From contig CM119263.1 of NCBI GenBank assembly GCA_051294375.1, positions 18,562,816-18,626,627 of the forward strand: a stretch of 63,812 bases of DNA. The letters are read 5' to 3'. Positions 26,037 to 39,570 of this stretch are shown one piece after another. This stretch comes from Paraspadella gotoi. Lineage: Eukaryota > Animalia > Chaetognatha. The first letter of the stretch is position 1. Each line of letters opens with the position of its first letter. Both the position numbers and the translations under genes were made by a program. Below the pieces are notes generated by a model that was not told the DNA's origin, ran no database searches, and saw only the letters and a list, made by a program, of their open reading frames with translations.

Positions 26037-29000
26037 CCTCTCTCTCCTCAATACGAATATATATCTCTTTTTCTTTTCAACGTTGAGTCATCGTCGGCCG
26101 GGTAAGGCCAGAGGCGTCGTCCAATAGGTTCGTTCTTTCGTCCCTCAGTCCGTTTGTTCCCTTTTCCCGGTGGCTTTATGATCGCCGGTTCCCTTTCATT
26201 GTTAGCGAGTACCACGTTTATCGATAACTCGGGCGTCCGACATTTCGGAGAAATCCACTCGAGCGGTTTCCTTTTTGATCACGTGACTATATTTTCTGCG
26301 CTGCTTTCTACAATCTTCTTTCCTGTTACGCGATTCCGGTCACGTGATGCATGAGCCTTTTTTCGGCAGAAAAAAAAGCTCGACTCTTATCGACAGCGGA
26401 AATTCGTCCGTTGCCGTATTTAGATCTGAGTGCCGCGGCGGCGGCGGCGGTGGCGGAGGCGGCGGTGGCAGCGACGGTCACGTCGATTGTCGACTTCCGG
26501 TTTGGCGATCGACCTTTGACCCTCGAACGTGCGCTTACTTCTTTTTTTAGATGAAAGAGAGAAATATAAGAGAGAGAAAAATATTAAGTTTCGCTGCAAA
26601 CGCTTCCCGCTTTTTTTCCTTTTTTTCGAGATCTTGCTCCTAATCTTTACGCTGCATTGTTGAAATATTATTTTCGTTTTCCGTTCCGCCAATTTTTTGA
26701 CGTTTTTTGACGGTTTTAGTGTAAAACCACTTTCACAGAACAGTAATAGTAAAAGCTGATGTTTTTATTTCAATTTTCTTACTTTTAATAACATTTTTTA
26801 AACACATCTTAAGGGGACCCAGTGATAAAAATGATATCATAAGCTTAAGGGTCTATCATCAAAGGAATTTGAATGGTGATAGTCATTAATTTTTCTTTGC
26901 ACGGGAAAGTGGCAAAAAAATTCCTATCTCTTATTATAGCGGAAAGAAAAATTTAATAATTATGAAAAAAACATTTAATTGACCCTACCTAAATATTTAT
27001 ATAATCCATTATGTCCGCTCCTAGAGAAAGAACAAGGAAAAGAAAGAATGAAAGAGAATAAGAAAAGGAAAGAAAGAAAAGAGAAAAAGAAAGAAAGGGA
27101 AAGAAAAGAAAAAAGAAAGAAGGAAAAAGATAACAACAAACTGAACAAGAATATCAAAAGGAAAAGACCATCTCTTACATTCAATGCGTTTTCCGCTACG
27201 ATTTACAAAATCATTAAAAACTACAATCTAAACAAAGAAATCGTCTCAAACAAATAAAATTGAGACGACGAACAAAAGGAGGAAAAAGAAGAAAAGATAT
27301 AGTACGTGAAGGGGCAAGACCTCGTTACGTATAACACTGAGAGGAATCGGGAAAGGAATAAAAGTGCAGGAGCGGAATAAACGCGATTAGACGGATAACA
27401 CAGCCGAGGAGACGTCGAGAAGAATTTACGGATTTGAAGAGCTCGAAAAAGGAATTTCCAGATATTCAGAATGGAAAAAATTTGCCTATAAAAATTTTTG
27501 CGAAACCGCCAGAAGGGAAATGTAAATCGGGGGTGTGGGGACGGAAACAATGAAAATACGTTGTTAGTTCCTTTATTTGTTCTGGGATTATAATTATTTA
27601 AGGGACCAATGTGACAGGGGGGGTGGGTTATTAAATTAGGTAAAAATTTAAATTAAAAAAAGTTGAAAACGATAAACATTTGACCCTTAACTTTAAGTTG
27701 GTTTCGTGGACCATATAATTTTTTCCTTTTTATCATTTGGGAAAGTTATGTTAAAAAACGAATTGTATAATTTAAAATCAGCGAGCTTAACATTTTCTTG
27801 TAAAAATTTGGTAAGAGAAAAATTTTTTTTCACGTTTAAATTTTTTTCCAAAAAGGAGTAAGATCTAATTTTAAAAAGATTTTCAGCTTTATTACAAAAA
27901 TTTTATAGAAAAAAAAACTAGAGAAAGTATCCAAATTTAATGGTTTACCATGATGATTTTATTTAAACTTTCTTTTCAAATTGCATTCTGTAATTGGACT
28001 AATGAAAATAAACTCTTAAGACTAGGGACGGTAATTATAAATATAAAAAAAAAAGAGAAAAGGTTCTTTTTTTTGTCTGCTAAAATTTTTAATTATATTT
28101 ATAATGAATCAATAGGTTTTAAATACATTTAAGGATGAATATGAATATTAAGTTAAATTATTACAGTTTTTTGTTTTGTGTAAGAATAGATGAAAATGTA
28201 TGGTGTTGATTTGTCTGCTTTTTAAAGTAAAATATAAAAATCAAGAAAAATATTAGTCTTGTAAAGCCTGGTTCAATCGTAGGCTTCAAACCCTAAGGAA
28301 CTTTTGCCTTGTACAGTAAAAATAAAAAGAATTGGAATTTAGTAAAAAATACTTTCTAATGCAAAAATAANNNNNNNNNNNNNNNNNNNNNNNNNAAAAG
28401 CACCTTACCACCCAGCACCAGTCACCAAACTCGTGGCACCACTCTTCACTACACATTGTGCTTTCCCCGAACCACAGCGATTGGTATTTTTAAACAATGC
28501 TTGAGGCCACAACTTGGTTCACAGCATTTCGGCACCCCTTAAGGCCACCATGCCAACGCCACCCCACGAATCACCGCAAAGCTTCGGCGCTCAACTGCAG
28601 ATAAGGAACGCCGTGCACAGCGAGTGGGCGCCGATGTCCACGCTAGATAAGCGGCGTCGCCCAATCAATAGTTCACGATGACACTCCGTGATAATGTGGA
28701 TTACCCAATCACCGAGTTCGAGATGACATCTTGTGATAAGGGTGGATTGCTCAATCAGAACCACTTGGGAGGGAAAATCAGAGAAGGAGAGAGATAAGGG
28801 GAAACCGACTGGTCTTCCGCGTCGTCGTCGTCGTCATCGTCGTCGTCGTCGTCGTCGGAGGTTTCGACTTCATAAGTCGTTGTTACCGTCATCATCCTCG
28901 TTCTCGATAATTGTAAACAAAGAATCCGAGGCTGCTATACTTCAATTTGGATTTCTAAATCCCGGACTCAGTTCTTTTCATGGATGTCGCAAATTTTTCT

Positions 29001-29050
29001 GTGTGATTACCGAGTGATTTTTCTTTCCTCGTTGTTGGTGTTGTGTGTGA

Positions 29051-29083
<33 letters not shown>

Positions 29084-29459
29084 TGTCCCATCTGGTACGT
29101 CTTGAAAATGGAAAATCTACGTGAATCGTTACTGTCGTTTACTTTCACGACAGGGAGAGAGAAGGAGAGAGACGAATAGTATAGAGAGGGGGAAGAGGGG
29201 GAGATAGGAAAAAAAAAACTCGCTAAGTACTTTGTAACTTTTTCCCCTTTTCCTCTCGATCTCACAAGCCGAAGACCCAAGATTCTCATTTGCATACGAT
29301 AGTAGGAAACGCTCTGCGGCTTCTCTGCGTTACAATTGTGGATTATATTATCTTATTATATATAAGAGGCTGCCCCCCCCCCCCATACCCACACCGACGC
29401 GCGCGAGCGACGCTACGCGAGCGCGAGGCGAGCAGCGAGCGCGCCGAGCAGGCGAGCAT

Positions 29460-29643
29460 AGCAACGCCAGCTGTGATCGTGGACTGTAATCGAGATCAAA
29501 GGGCGACCCAGAGAGGGAGACGTTGAGTTTATGACATTGCTCGAATAACCAGCCTGCGGGCCATGACGCGCCCTCGAGTCGCCTCGACGGGCGGAAGTGA
29601 AGCGGCACAGGGCGAAGCCGGGTGCAGAGCGGTTGGGAGAGAC

Positions 29644-29688
<45 letters not shown>

Positions 29689-31448
29689 GGAGGAGAGAGA
29701 GGGAGAGAGAGGGAGAGAGAGAGGCGTGCGTGGCGGACGTAATTGTGATTTCCTTCTCTCTTCCCTCTCTGGTTGGCCGCCGTGAGTTACTACTTGTGAA
29801 GCCCGATGAAGGCGGAGGGAGAAGTCGAGGGGGGTGGAGGAGAATAGAGGGTGGAGGGTGGTGGCAGTGGGTGATGGTGATAGGTAGGACAGGGGTGGGT
29901 CCCGACGCGTAGCAGAGAGGGAAGGGCGACCATCCAGCTCCTCCCTCGGAGGAAGGCACGCGAATGGCTGAGGAGGCAGGGTCTTAAGGGTTAAGGCTTT
30001 TATTTACGCGAGCGAAGAGGGCAGTCCGAAGAATGTCAGAAAGGTCGGACATAATAAATAAACCTGAGCTCTCCCTGCCATTTACCACTCGCAGTGTAAT
30101 TCAAAATTTCAGCGTAGGCTTTAGCCTGTTTACATTTTGCTGTCTTTTCTTTCTTCTTTCTCACAAGAAGCCTTGGCCCAAATAATGATTGTTTACATTG
30201 ACTGCCGTATCGATCATCTATCGATAGGCTGAAATTATTTGTCATTTAATTAAAGACTCTTATTGTGTTACGAAAGAGGCCACACCATCTATCTACAAGG
30301 AAGTACTCTTGTTATATACCAAGCACTCTCACCCTCCAGCCATAATCGTTATAATGAAATGATGATGATTTANNNNNNNNNNNNNNNNNNNNNNNNNGGG
30401 TGAGCCGACCGAAGAGAGAGGCAGAGAGAGAGAGAGAAGAAGAGAGAGACGAAGACGACGCCGACAGAGGAGAGAAGAGAGAGAGAGAGAGCCGAGAGAG
30501 AGAGAGAGAGAGAAGAAGAGAGAGGAGAGAGAGAAAATAGCAGAACCAGCTGTGATCGTGGACTGTTCGAGATTTTCAAAGAGGCGAACAGAGAGGAGAC
30601 GTTGAGTTATGGACATCTGCTCGAATCCGCATGGCGGGCCATGCGCCGCTCGAGTCGCCTCGACGGGCGGGAAGTGAGCGGTCCAACGGAGCGAGCGGGT
30701 AAGGACGGTTGGGAGAGAGAGAGAGAGAGAGAAGAGAAGAGAGAGAGAGAGAGAGAGAAGAGAGAGAGGAGAACGGAGAGAGAGAGAGGGAGAGAGGAGA
30801 GAGAGAGGCGTGCGTTGGCGGACGGTAATGTGATTTTCCTTCCCCCTCTCTTGGTATGGCGGCCAGTGGTTTATACTTGATGAGCCGATGAAGCGCGAGG
30901 GAGAAGTCGAGGGCGGTGGAAGGAGAATAGAGGGTGGAGGGTTGGTGGACGTGGGTGATGGTGAATGCAGGTAGGGAACGGGGTGGGTCCCGACGCGTAG
31001 CAGAGGGGAAGGGGCGACCATCCAGCTCCATCACTCGAGGAGAGGGCCACCGGATTGGCTCGAGGAGGAGGGTTATAGGGTTAAGGCTATCGGAGCGAAG
31101 GGCAGGTCCGAAGAATGATCAGAAAGGTCGGGACATAATAAAATCCTGAGCCTCCCTGCATTTACCTCGTCAGTGATATTCCAAATTTTACGTAGCTTTA
31201 GCCTGTTTACATTTTGCTGTCTTTTCTTTCTTCTTCTCACAAGAAGCCTTGGCCCTAAAATATATTTTTTACATTGACTGACGATCGGATCTCTATCGGA
31301 TAGGCGAAATTAAATCTTTTAATGTTCATTAAACGCTCCTTAATTGATGTTACGAAAAGAGGCAACACCATAATTATCAAGGATCTCTTGTTATCAACTC
31401 AGACTTCACCAATCTCCAGTCATAATCGTTATAATGATGATATGATTT
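29460..31448. repeat. Near-tandem ~0.9-kb direct duplication across a short N gap (about 29460-30372 vs 30539-31448)
   Basis: The same unique landmarks occur in the same order in both copies (CCAGCTGTGATCGTGGACTG, CTCGAGTCGCCTCGACGGGCGG, GGTCCCGACGCGTAGCAGAG, TTTACATTTTGCTGTCTTTTC, CATAATCGTTATAATGA). Differences are mostly single-base indels. Confidence 0.92.
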
Positions 31449-32195
31449 GTTGACATAATTTCTTTTCGTCATATTCTTTTAATTTCTCTGTCGTGATTAA
31501 AAATAGGTGATAGTAGACGAAATTAAAAAGAGCGAATGACCTCAGAAATGGTCACTGTTGGTCAGCCCTTTGATGATTACAGAAGGAAGAGAGTAAACAA
31601 GGTTGAGGTCGCGACTGGTGACGACAAGTTTCTCTCTCCCGACGCGGCGAGTGACGCTGTGCGCACAGGCTTATGCTTGGCGTCGTCAACGCGGCGTCGT
31701 CGTGTCGGCTCACCAGCAGACCGGTCCACTTCGGGCCGCGTGCTCGGCCGCCGCACAAGCTTAGCCTAGAGTCAGGGGGTGGGGGAGCGAGGATTTTCCG
31801 GTCTTCTTTTTTTTTATTTCTTCTTTTTTTCTTGTTGACATAATTTCTTTTCGTCAATATTCTATTTAATTTCTCTGTCGTGCATTAAAAAAAATAGGTG
31901 AGTAGAACGATTAAAAAGAGCGAATGACCCTCACGAAATGGTCACTTTGGTCAGCCGTTGATGATTAAAAGAAGGAAGAGAGTAACAAGGGTTGAGGTCG
32001 CGATGGTGACCACAAAGTATATCTCTCTCTCGCGCGCGAGTGACCGCACCGGCTTATGACTGGCGCTCGTCAAACGCGGCCGTCGTCGTGTCCGCCACGC
32101 AAAGCCGTCACTCGGGGCCGTCTCGCCGGCCCAAAGCTTAAGCCTGAGTCAGGGGGGTGGAGGCGAGGAATTTCCGTCTCTTTTTTTTTTTCTTG
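31447..32195. repeat. Tandem ~0.38-kb direct duplication (about 31447-31831 vs 31832-32195)
   Basis: Both copies start TTGTTGACATAATTTCTTTTCGTC and share GAAATGGTCACT, GGTTGAGGTCGCGA, AAGCTTA..GCCT..GAGTCAGGGGG. Differences are indel-dominated. Confidence 0.92.
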
Positions 32196-33076
32196 TGTGT
32201 TTTCGATAGACGGAAAGTTGCGACATGTTAATATATCTATATCACTTTCATATTTACAAATTTCGATACTTATTTTTCATTATTTCAAAACTATTTCTTG
32301 TCAAGTTCTTTCCTCGACTAATTACTCTGAAAATTCTTCTCAATTTAGCGTTTCTCCCTGACCGACCCTTCTCCAATTCCCCCACTTTCTAATCCGCCAC
32401 CCTATCTTTCTGACGCATCCCCTTTTTCCCTCTATCCCCCTCTCCCCGCCCTCCCGTCAGAAGTGGATTAAGGTTTCCTCGAATCGTGACAGGTCCGGTC
32501 GCGATCGGGATTTTTTTTTCGTGGCGAGAGCGAGGGGGCGGGGGCGGTAGGGTGATCCGTGACAGGTCCGAACGCGATCGGTTTTTCTTGATGGGCGGCG
32601 TTCGGTGAATTCCACGCCAAATCAGAGACGACTTCGTGTGACTTGGCGTCAGTGTTTCGGCGTCAGGATGAAAGGGTGACTGTCGCTTTATGTTGTTCGT
32701 ACATACCAAGACGATCACGCGATGAGTGATAAATAAAGATCCGCGATTAGACTGCGTGAGAGCTGTTTTGGATAGCTTTCTTTTCAGTAGATTCTATGAC
32801 ATCTGCTTTCGAAACTGAATCGACTTAGGCATAGGAAACTTTGTGTAGTTTAGCATCTGTTTCAAAGTTTGATTGGGGCATTTTATTAGCCTCTTGCTTT
32901 GTCTAAAGCTTCAAAGAGAGAGATTTAATTAAAAGCCATAGAATTCATCAATGAAAAGAAATCTAGGAGATTTGGTTGGCAAAAGTGAAATGTAGACCGA
33001 AAGGAAAACAAAAAAAGAGACGAAAAGATAAAAAAGAAGGAAAAAGAAAAAAGGATAGGATTGAGAAAGAAAATAA

Positions 33077-33181
<105 letters not shown>

Positions 33182-33567
33182 AAAATAGACATGAAGAGGG
33201 ATTAAAAAGAAGAAAGGAGAAAAAAGCACAAGCAGTCGGGAAAGTAAGCGAGCAAACATGAAATTAGCTGAAGATGAAAAAACAATAATGAACGAGGAAA
33301 AAGAAATGAGAAAAATGAAAATCAGCTTAGGAGTCAGCAATGGACGAAATGAGAAAACGGTAAAGAAAAGCGATCAAAGATAAGAGAGAAAAAGAAAAGA
33401 AAAGAAAAGAAAAGAAAAGACAGAGAAGAAAAGAGGCGGAAATTTCTTCGTTTCCTCGCGTCGATTCGGAGGAAAATCGAACGGAAGCGACGATGACGAA
33501 GGCGAAAGAAAAAAATGTAGAGCGAAACCCGAAAGCTTCGTCGCGCCATTTGCATGACCCGATGGCG

Positions 33568-33631
<64 letters not shown>

Positions 33632-35412
33632 CTCAAGGACGGGGAGGTGCTTCGCTCGCAGTAAACATCGTCGCTCGTTTCTCGCGCAACGAATTCGGCT
33701 TCATTCATCTCGATGCCCCGGATGAGAAAATGAATAAAAAAACACGAAGGACATCAGGTTCATGAGGATGTAAGCGGAAACACTCAGACTCCCCGTATGT
33801 AACCGATGAAGGTCGGTTTTTACCATTTATTTTTCCATCTGATATCGATACGCCCCAAACACACTTTTCAGTGTGATCAAATATTTGTTAATTCATATAA
33901 AATTTCATTAAATCGGTCCGTAGCGGAAAAACTCGGAACCTGATCAATTGTTCCATGAATTGAGCTTCTCTTTAAAGGATTAATTATCTTGCATGCCTAC
34001 AGAACATGACTAAATTTTAACATTTACCGCACTGCAAATGTTTATGCTCTAAAAGTCCTATAATTGAAGTTGATTGTTAATGCTAGTGATTTTCCTGGGT
34101 GATTTAGAAAAAAATTTTAATGGGACATAAAAATCGTGTTATTTTTCGACATTAACTTTTGTACTGCAACATGCAAATTACATTAAAGCTTCTTTTGGTT
34201 TCTTATTTGTTTAAACCCAAAAAAAAAACCGCGAGTTTTTGCTTTTACAAACAAAAACGATCCATAATCCCATCGAAAGTAATCGTCGAAAAGCCCCGGA
34301 TGTCGATCGTGAACTATGCCCCTTTACCGATCCCCGGATGTAACTAAAATGATCGTTCGAGCCGGCCCTCTAGCGAGAGAAGGAAGCCATTTTTCTCGCT
34401 TTGGTCTGAGTCGTTTGTGGCTGAACCGACAAACGAAATCCTTTTACTGGTCGACGCAGGAAACAAATGGATCGAAAGGCTTAATCGCTCGCCCGATCCG
34501 AGCTGAATATTCGTAAATCGTAATGTCGTTCCTATTTTTGGATTTAATATTAAATAGAACAAGTATGGTGGCTCTGAATAATCAAGGTAGTATTAGAAAA
34601 AGGGTACTTTTTCTCACCAAATAAGTGAATAACGATGATTTACTCAAGCAATAATATTCCTTACTTTTTTAAAGCTATAATTTGGTCCCTTTAATCTATG
34701 GTTTAAATACCGCTCGAGCGTGAGGAGCGGTTAAAACTCTAAACGAAAAATTTTGTTTTTCTTGGTCACCTCTCACGATACAGTTTCGACGCGGGTGATT
34801 TATCGGAATCTACGCCCGACGAAATTGGGTCAAAAGGTTCGACGACGTCTAGACGCTAATTTGCGATGGATTTTGTCGGTCGCGCTTTGCCGAGAATCGC
34901 CTGGTCAAATTGAAATGAATGGAAGGGAATTAAAGCGATTGGGACCGGTAATGGATGAGATCGATTCAATTCCTTTTCTTTAATCGCTTCTGGATCCGAA
35001 TCAAGCTTCAATGGTTTTCGTTGCAATTCGCCAAACGATTTGTTCAGATCGGTCAAACAGTTATTTGAGAGATTGCCCGATGTTCATTTATTTGTTCCTC
35101 GTTGATCGTTGTCTCCTTTGTTTCAATTTGAGTCACTTCGCTACGCTTCCTGCCACTCCTTCGAGTTTCCGACGATTCCTCGGGAGCCACTTTGCCAATC
35201 TCGGTGCCAGGCGGCGTGATTGGGTGACACTTTGCTCCTTTCCCCGGCGCCGCTCGGTCGTCTCTTTGCGATTCCTTCGACCGAGACGAACTCTTGTCAC
35301 TTTTTCGGCGCGCGGTCTCCTTCGCCGATTCGCGTAGCACCGCGGCGCGTCTCGATTCGTCGCCGCGCGTCACCCCCATATTCGCTTTGTGGGGATCTCG
35401 AGTCGTCGTGCG

Positions 35413-35501
<89 letters not shown>

Positions 35502-35613
35502 TGACAAATTGAATGACAAGCCGAGAGCGAAATTTGAATAAATAAATTTCCCCTGGAGAATCGACAAGAGAGAAAGAGAGAGATAGAGAAATTCGATTTC
35601 GAACCTTTGAGGG

Positions 35614-35658
<45 letters not shown>

Positions 35659-36349
35659 ACGCCAATTGAAGTGTTTCCCTGAGGCGTTTTATTTTAACCG
35701 TATTATATAATTCGTTTTTTTTTCACGTTTTTTATAGTATTATTTCCGTCCCTGGAGAGTTAACTTTGCATGACTTTTTTTCGACGTCCAAAAGTAAAAA
35801 TGGTTAGGCCGTCGTGTTGTCAACCGGAAGGTCAAAGGTTCTCGACCGAGTCGGCAGTCGACTTTTAAACGCTCTCTCCCGGCCGAATTCCGACGAGCGA
35901 ATGAGAAAAAAAAAAGATAAAGAGACGATTCGAGCGGGAGACTGCCTGTGGGAGGAAAGGGGAATAACGTAGCAGGAAACATAACTAGCGATGGACTCTG
36001 AGTGAGAGGGAGCAGCCAGTGAACAATAAAGTTATCGGAGTGAGAGCGAGTCACCGGACTGAAAAGGGTGACTGTGACGAAGGGAGGGCGAGGGAGACGG
36101 AACCCGAGAGCGACAGAGAGTGTGAGAGGAGTATAGGAAATTCGCTGACGTCGGCCGTCGCGTATCCCGACGCCACGTAGTACAACGCCTGCCTTGAAGT
36201 ATTTACGAGAGTTGTGACGTTTTTGTGTCGTTGGCGCGGCAACGGCGGCGGCGGCTGAGCGGTGCCAGCGACATATATTTGACGCGCTGCGTCGTTATTC
36301 GCCAAACCGAGCCGGTTTCTCTCTAGAGTTCTGCTCTAGGGGCAAAGAA

Positions 36350-36708
36350 TAAAAAAAAAGACGAAGGGACAAGAATGAAATTCATTCGAACCGCAATCGG
36401 CGAAAAATATGCAAACTCTCGGCGTTCGTTTTCCATGCGCAGTATTTGAGAGAGAGAGCGAGAGATGAGAGAGCGAGAGAACATAGCACGAGAGAGAGAG
36501 AGAGAGATGAGGAGAGATGAGGAAGAGAGGAGAGAGACGAGGAGAGAGAGAACTGAATTGAATGCAGGAGACGAAAATAAATTCTGCGGCGGAGTGAAAT
36601 GCGAGAGAAAGAGAAAAGAGACAAAAAGCACGGGAGAGGAGTGGCATTTAGGAGGGCCGCATAAAAAAAGGTCATCCATGCGCTAAATGGTATCGAGCTG
36701 CCGTCGGC
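36350..36708. repeat. ~350-bp segment repeated at about 39690-40031
   Basis: AAGAATGAAATTCATTCGAACCGCAATCGGCGAAA and GGAGGGCCGCATAAAAAAGGTCATCCATG occur in both places in the same orientation. Confidence 0.9.
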
Positions 36709-37189
36709 NNNNNNNNNNNNNNNNNNNNNNNNNGTTTTGAAAACTTTGAGAGTTCTCTCAAATGTTTAATGGTTAATGGTTATTAGCGACTATGTGAAAT
36801 AATATGAAAATGAAAATAATTTTTAAATTTTGCTTATCAATTTTTTTTTTATAGATTCCTGATTAGAGCTTTAAAAGTGTAGATTAAAGGTATATTAAAT
36901 TACAACTTTTTTTTTTGTTTTATTTATTGAAAAATAAAAAAAAATAAAATTCCGCCAGATAATGATGATGATGATAATTTTTTAAGTTTCTATTTTTAAC
37001 TAATTTATTGTCAAAATTTGTAAAAATATATTTAGTACTAACTTTCAATTTAACTCTTAAGCTCTACCAAGAACCCTGTTAATTATTTCCGTGGTTTTCA
37101 AGCTTTCCAAAAAATCGTTGCTCTTTTTTGCCTAAACGTTTACTATATATCGAAGTGAAGAAACTTACCTTTGTGAGAGAAAGTAAGAA

Positions 37190-39570
37190 TTATTATTAGT
37201 ATTGTTCCAAGCTTTACGAAGCGTGAAGCAGGTTTGTTTTTAATGTTTTGTTTTTACTGATTTTTAGTATTAATTAAGGTTTTTTATTAATTCGTTTTAT
37301 TATCTTTTATAGTCAGTCGTTCAATGCGCTTCCATGCGTTTCTATGTCGTCAATGCCGTTCAATGGCCTTTCAATGCCGGTATCAATGCCGTTTTGTTAT
37401 CTCAATCTTGCTTCTACATTTTGTGTTTGATTAACAATGTAAATTACTTCGGACATTATTTCGGGACTCTCCTCTCTTCTTTCTCTCTCTCATCTCTCTC
37501 GTCTCTCTTTGCAATTGCACGATCCTTATGCTCATTTTCTGCTCTCTCTCTCTCTTTTGCCAATTGCGACGATCCTATGCTCATCTTTTCTGCTCTCTCT
37601 CTCTACTCTCTCCTCTCTCTGCTCATAAATAATAAGATTTCAAGTAAATGTACTTATGTTTTCTTCCATTTAAACTCATTTCCCACTGGCAAAATTCCTG
37701 TCAAAACTTTATATCTAGCTTCTTCACACACTTTCCTACCCGCTCACAAAATCTCATTTCTCAATCTATTATGGGTTAAATTAAGTAAAAATTGTCAAGT
37801 AAATGCTGACTTCATTATTTTGTTTCATTTTAAATCTCAGTTCACTTTTCGTACGTTGTCCACCGGAAAACTTTATATCAAGCATCGTTACACATTTTTC
37901 TACCCAACAAAAAATTTGAACTCAATCTATCCACCAATTATGATTAAATTAGAGTTACTTTTGGTTAAAATAATTAAAAATATTTTAGTAAATGCGACTT
38001 ATGTTTTTCCTCTTATAACTCACACGATTCCGTCGAAACTTATATTCCAGCTTTATCACACACTTTCCTACCCACACACAAAATTTCTTCCAATCCAACC
38101 AGCCAATCACGAAGTATTGGAGCTTTTTGCTAAGGTTAGACGGCATGACGGATTGATTTGACTGATTAATTTTTATTGATTATTAATTAACTTAATGATT
38201 ATTAACTGATTAATTATTTGATTTATTAATACATCCTGTATATACATTTAATTATTAAAGGAAAAAAGAAGATCATAATCAATTAGTGAAACAGGTTTTT
38301 TTGTTTTTTTTTCCATTTAAACTCCATTTCCACTCAAAAGATTCCCATCGAAACTTGGTTTCCTGTTCAATCACACACTTTTTCTTACTCACATTACAAA
38401 ATTCCAGGTCATCGATAAATTAAGTTGGTAATAAGCTAACTTGTTCAACTTGCATAATTTAATCAACTTGCATAATGGTTGGTCAACTGACATTATATTT
38501 TGGTCAACTGACATTAATTTTGTACGTCAACTGAATAATTTGGTCAACTGACATAATTTGAATCAATTTAAGATTAATTTGGGTCAACCGCATAATTTGT
38601 AGTACAGACTTGCATAATTTTATCAACTTGGCCTAATTTGGTCAACTAGCATAATTTTGCGTCAACTGGCATAATTTGCTTCAACTAAAGGCATGATTTG
38701 GTCAACTGGCATGATTGGTCAACAGGCATAATTTGTGTCAACTTGCAGAACTTGATTCCAACTTGGCAGAATTTGGTCAAAACTGGCATAATTTGCGTGG
38801 AACTTTAAGAATTTTGTCAACTGGCATATTTTTGTCAATGCGCATAATTGCCCGTCAATCAATCAATCATCAATCAACAATCAGAGACGGAGAGAGCAGA
38901 GAGGAAACTTTAAAAAATTCAAATAAATGTGTCTTTTGGTTTTTCTATTTGAACTCTTTTCCACTTCCTACGATTTCCATCACAAAAGAATTTATATTCC
39001 AGCGTTTATCACATACCTTTTGGCCTACCCACGGACCACAAAATTCCATTTTTCGATTTTTATTTCCTTTAATTTTTAATTTAATAAACATAATATTATT
39101 GAGAAATTTAAGCAAGTAAAAATAACTTTTAAGAAATATGACTTGTGTTTTTTTCCATTTTTAACTCATTTTGTCTCACTCGCACGATTCCATCGAAACT
39201 TTATATCCAGCTACAATCTCACAACTTCCCATACCTCATACCAAATTTTCAAGTTCAATTGCCGCTACAGTTCCACTCATTGCAGAATTGGCGTTCAAAT
39301 AGTTGAAATATAATTTTTTGGTTTTTTTTCCATTCTAAACAATTTCCAACTCGCACCGATTCCTCAAACTTATATATCCATCTTCAATCACACTTGTTTC
39401 GCCTACCCACACACAAAATTTCATGACCAACTTCCACATCCATCCAATCACGAGTAATTGGAAAGTTTTTTTGCTAAGGGGACGGACGGACGGACGGACG
39501 GATCGGAACGGACGGACAGACGGACGGACGGACATTCGTTTTTTTTTTTGCATAATTTCTCATCATAATT
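37190..39570. mobile_element. Helentron/DINE-1(HINE)-like non-autonomous composite repeat; boundaries approximate
   Basis: About seven diverged copies of a ~110-bp unit (TTTTCCATTTAAACTCATTTCCCACTCGCACGATTCC..CGAAACTTTATATCCAGC..TCACACACTTTCCTACCCACACACAAAATTT) start near 37650, 37800, 37990, 38305, 38925, 39140 and 39320. A (GGAC/AGAC)n tract at about 39480-39534 is (GTCY)n on the minus strand, a DINE-1/HINE hallmark. A short GCTT..AAGC hairpin-like motif lies near 37210-37230. Confidence 0.6.
38444..38850. repeat. Minisatellite, ~19-20-bp unit (GTCAACTGGCATAATTTG-like), about 20 copies
   Basis: GTCAACT(G/T)GCATAATTT recurs with indels. There are no unique spacers. Confidence 0.9.

Noticed and set aside
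37334-38161. 275-aa ORF
   Set aside because: It runs through CT repeats and tandem units of the Helentron-like element and has no protein-like motif.
38444-38850. Possible CRISPR-like array
   Set aside because: The units are contiguous and degenerate with no unique spacers, the context is eukaryotic, and there are no cas genes. It is a minisatellite.
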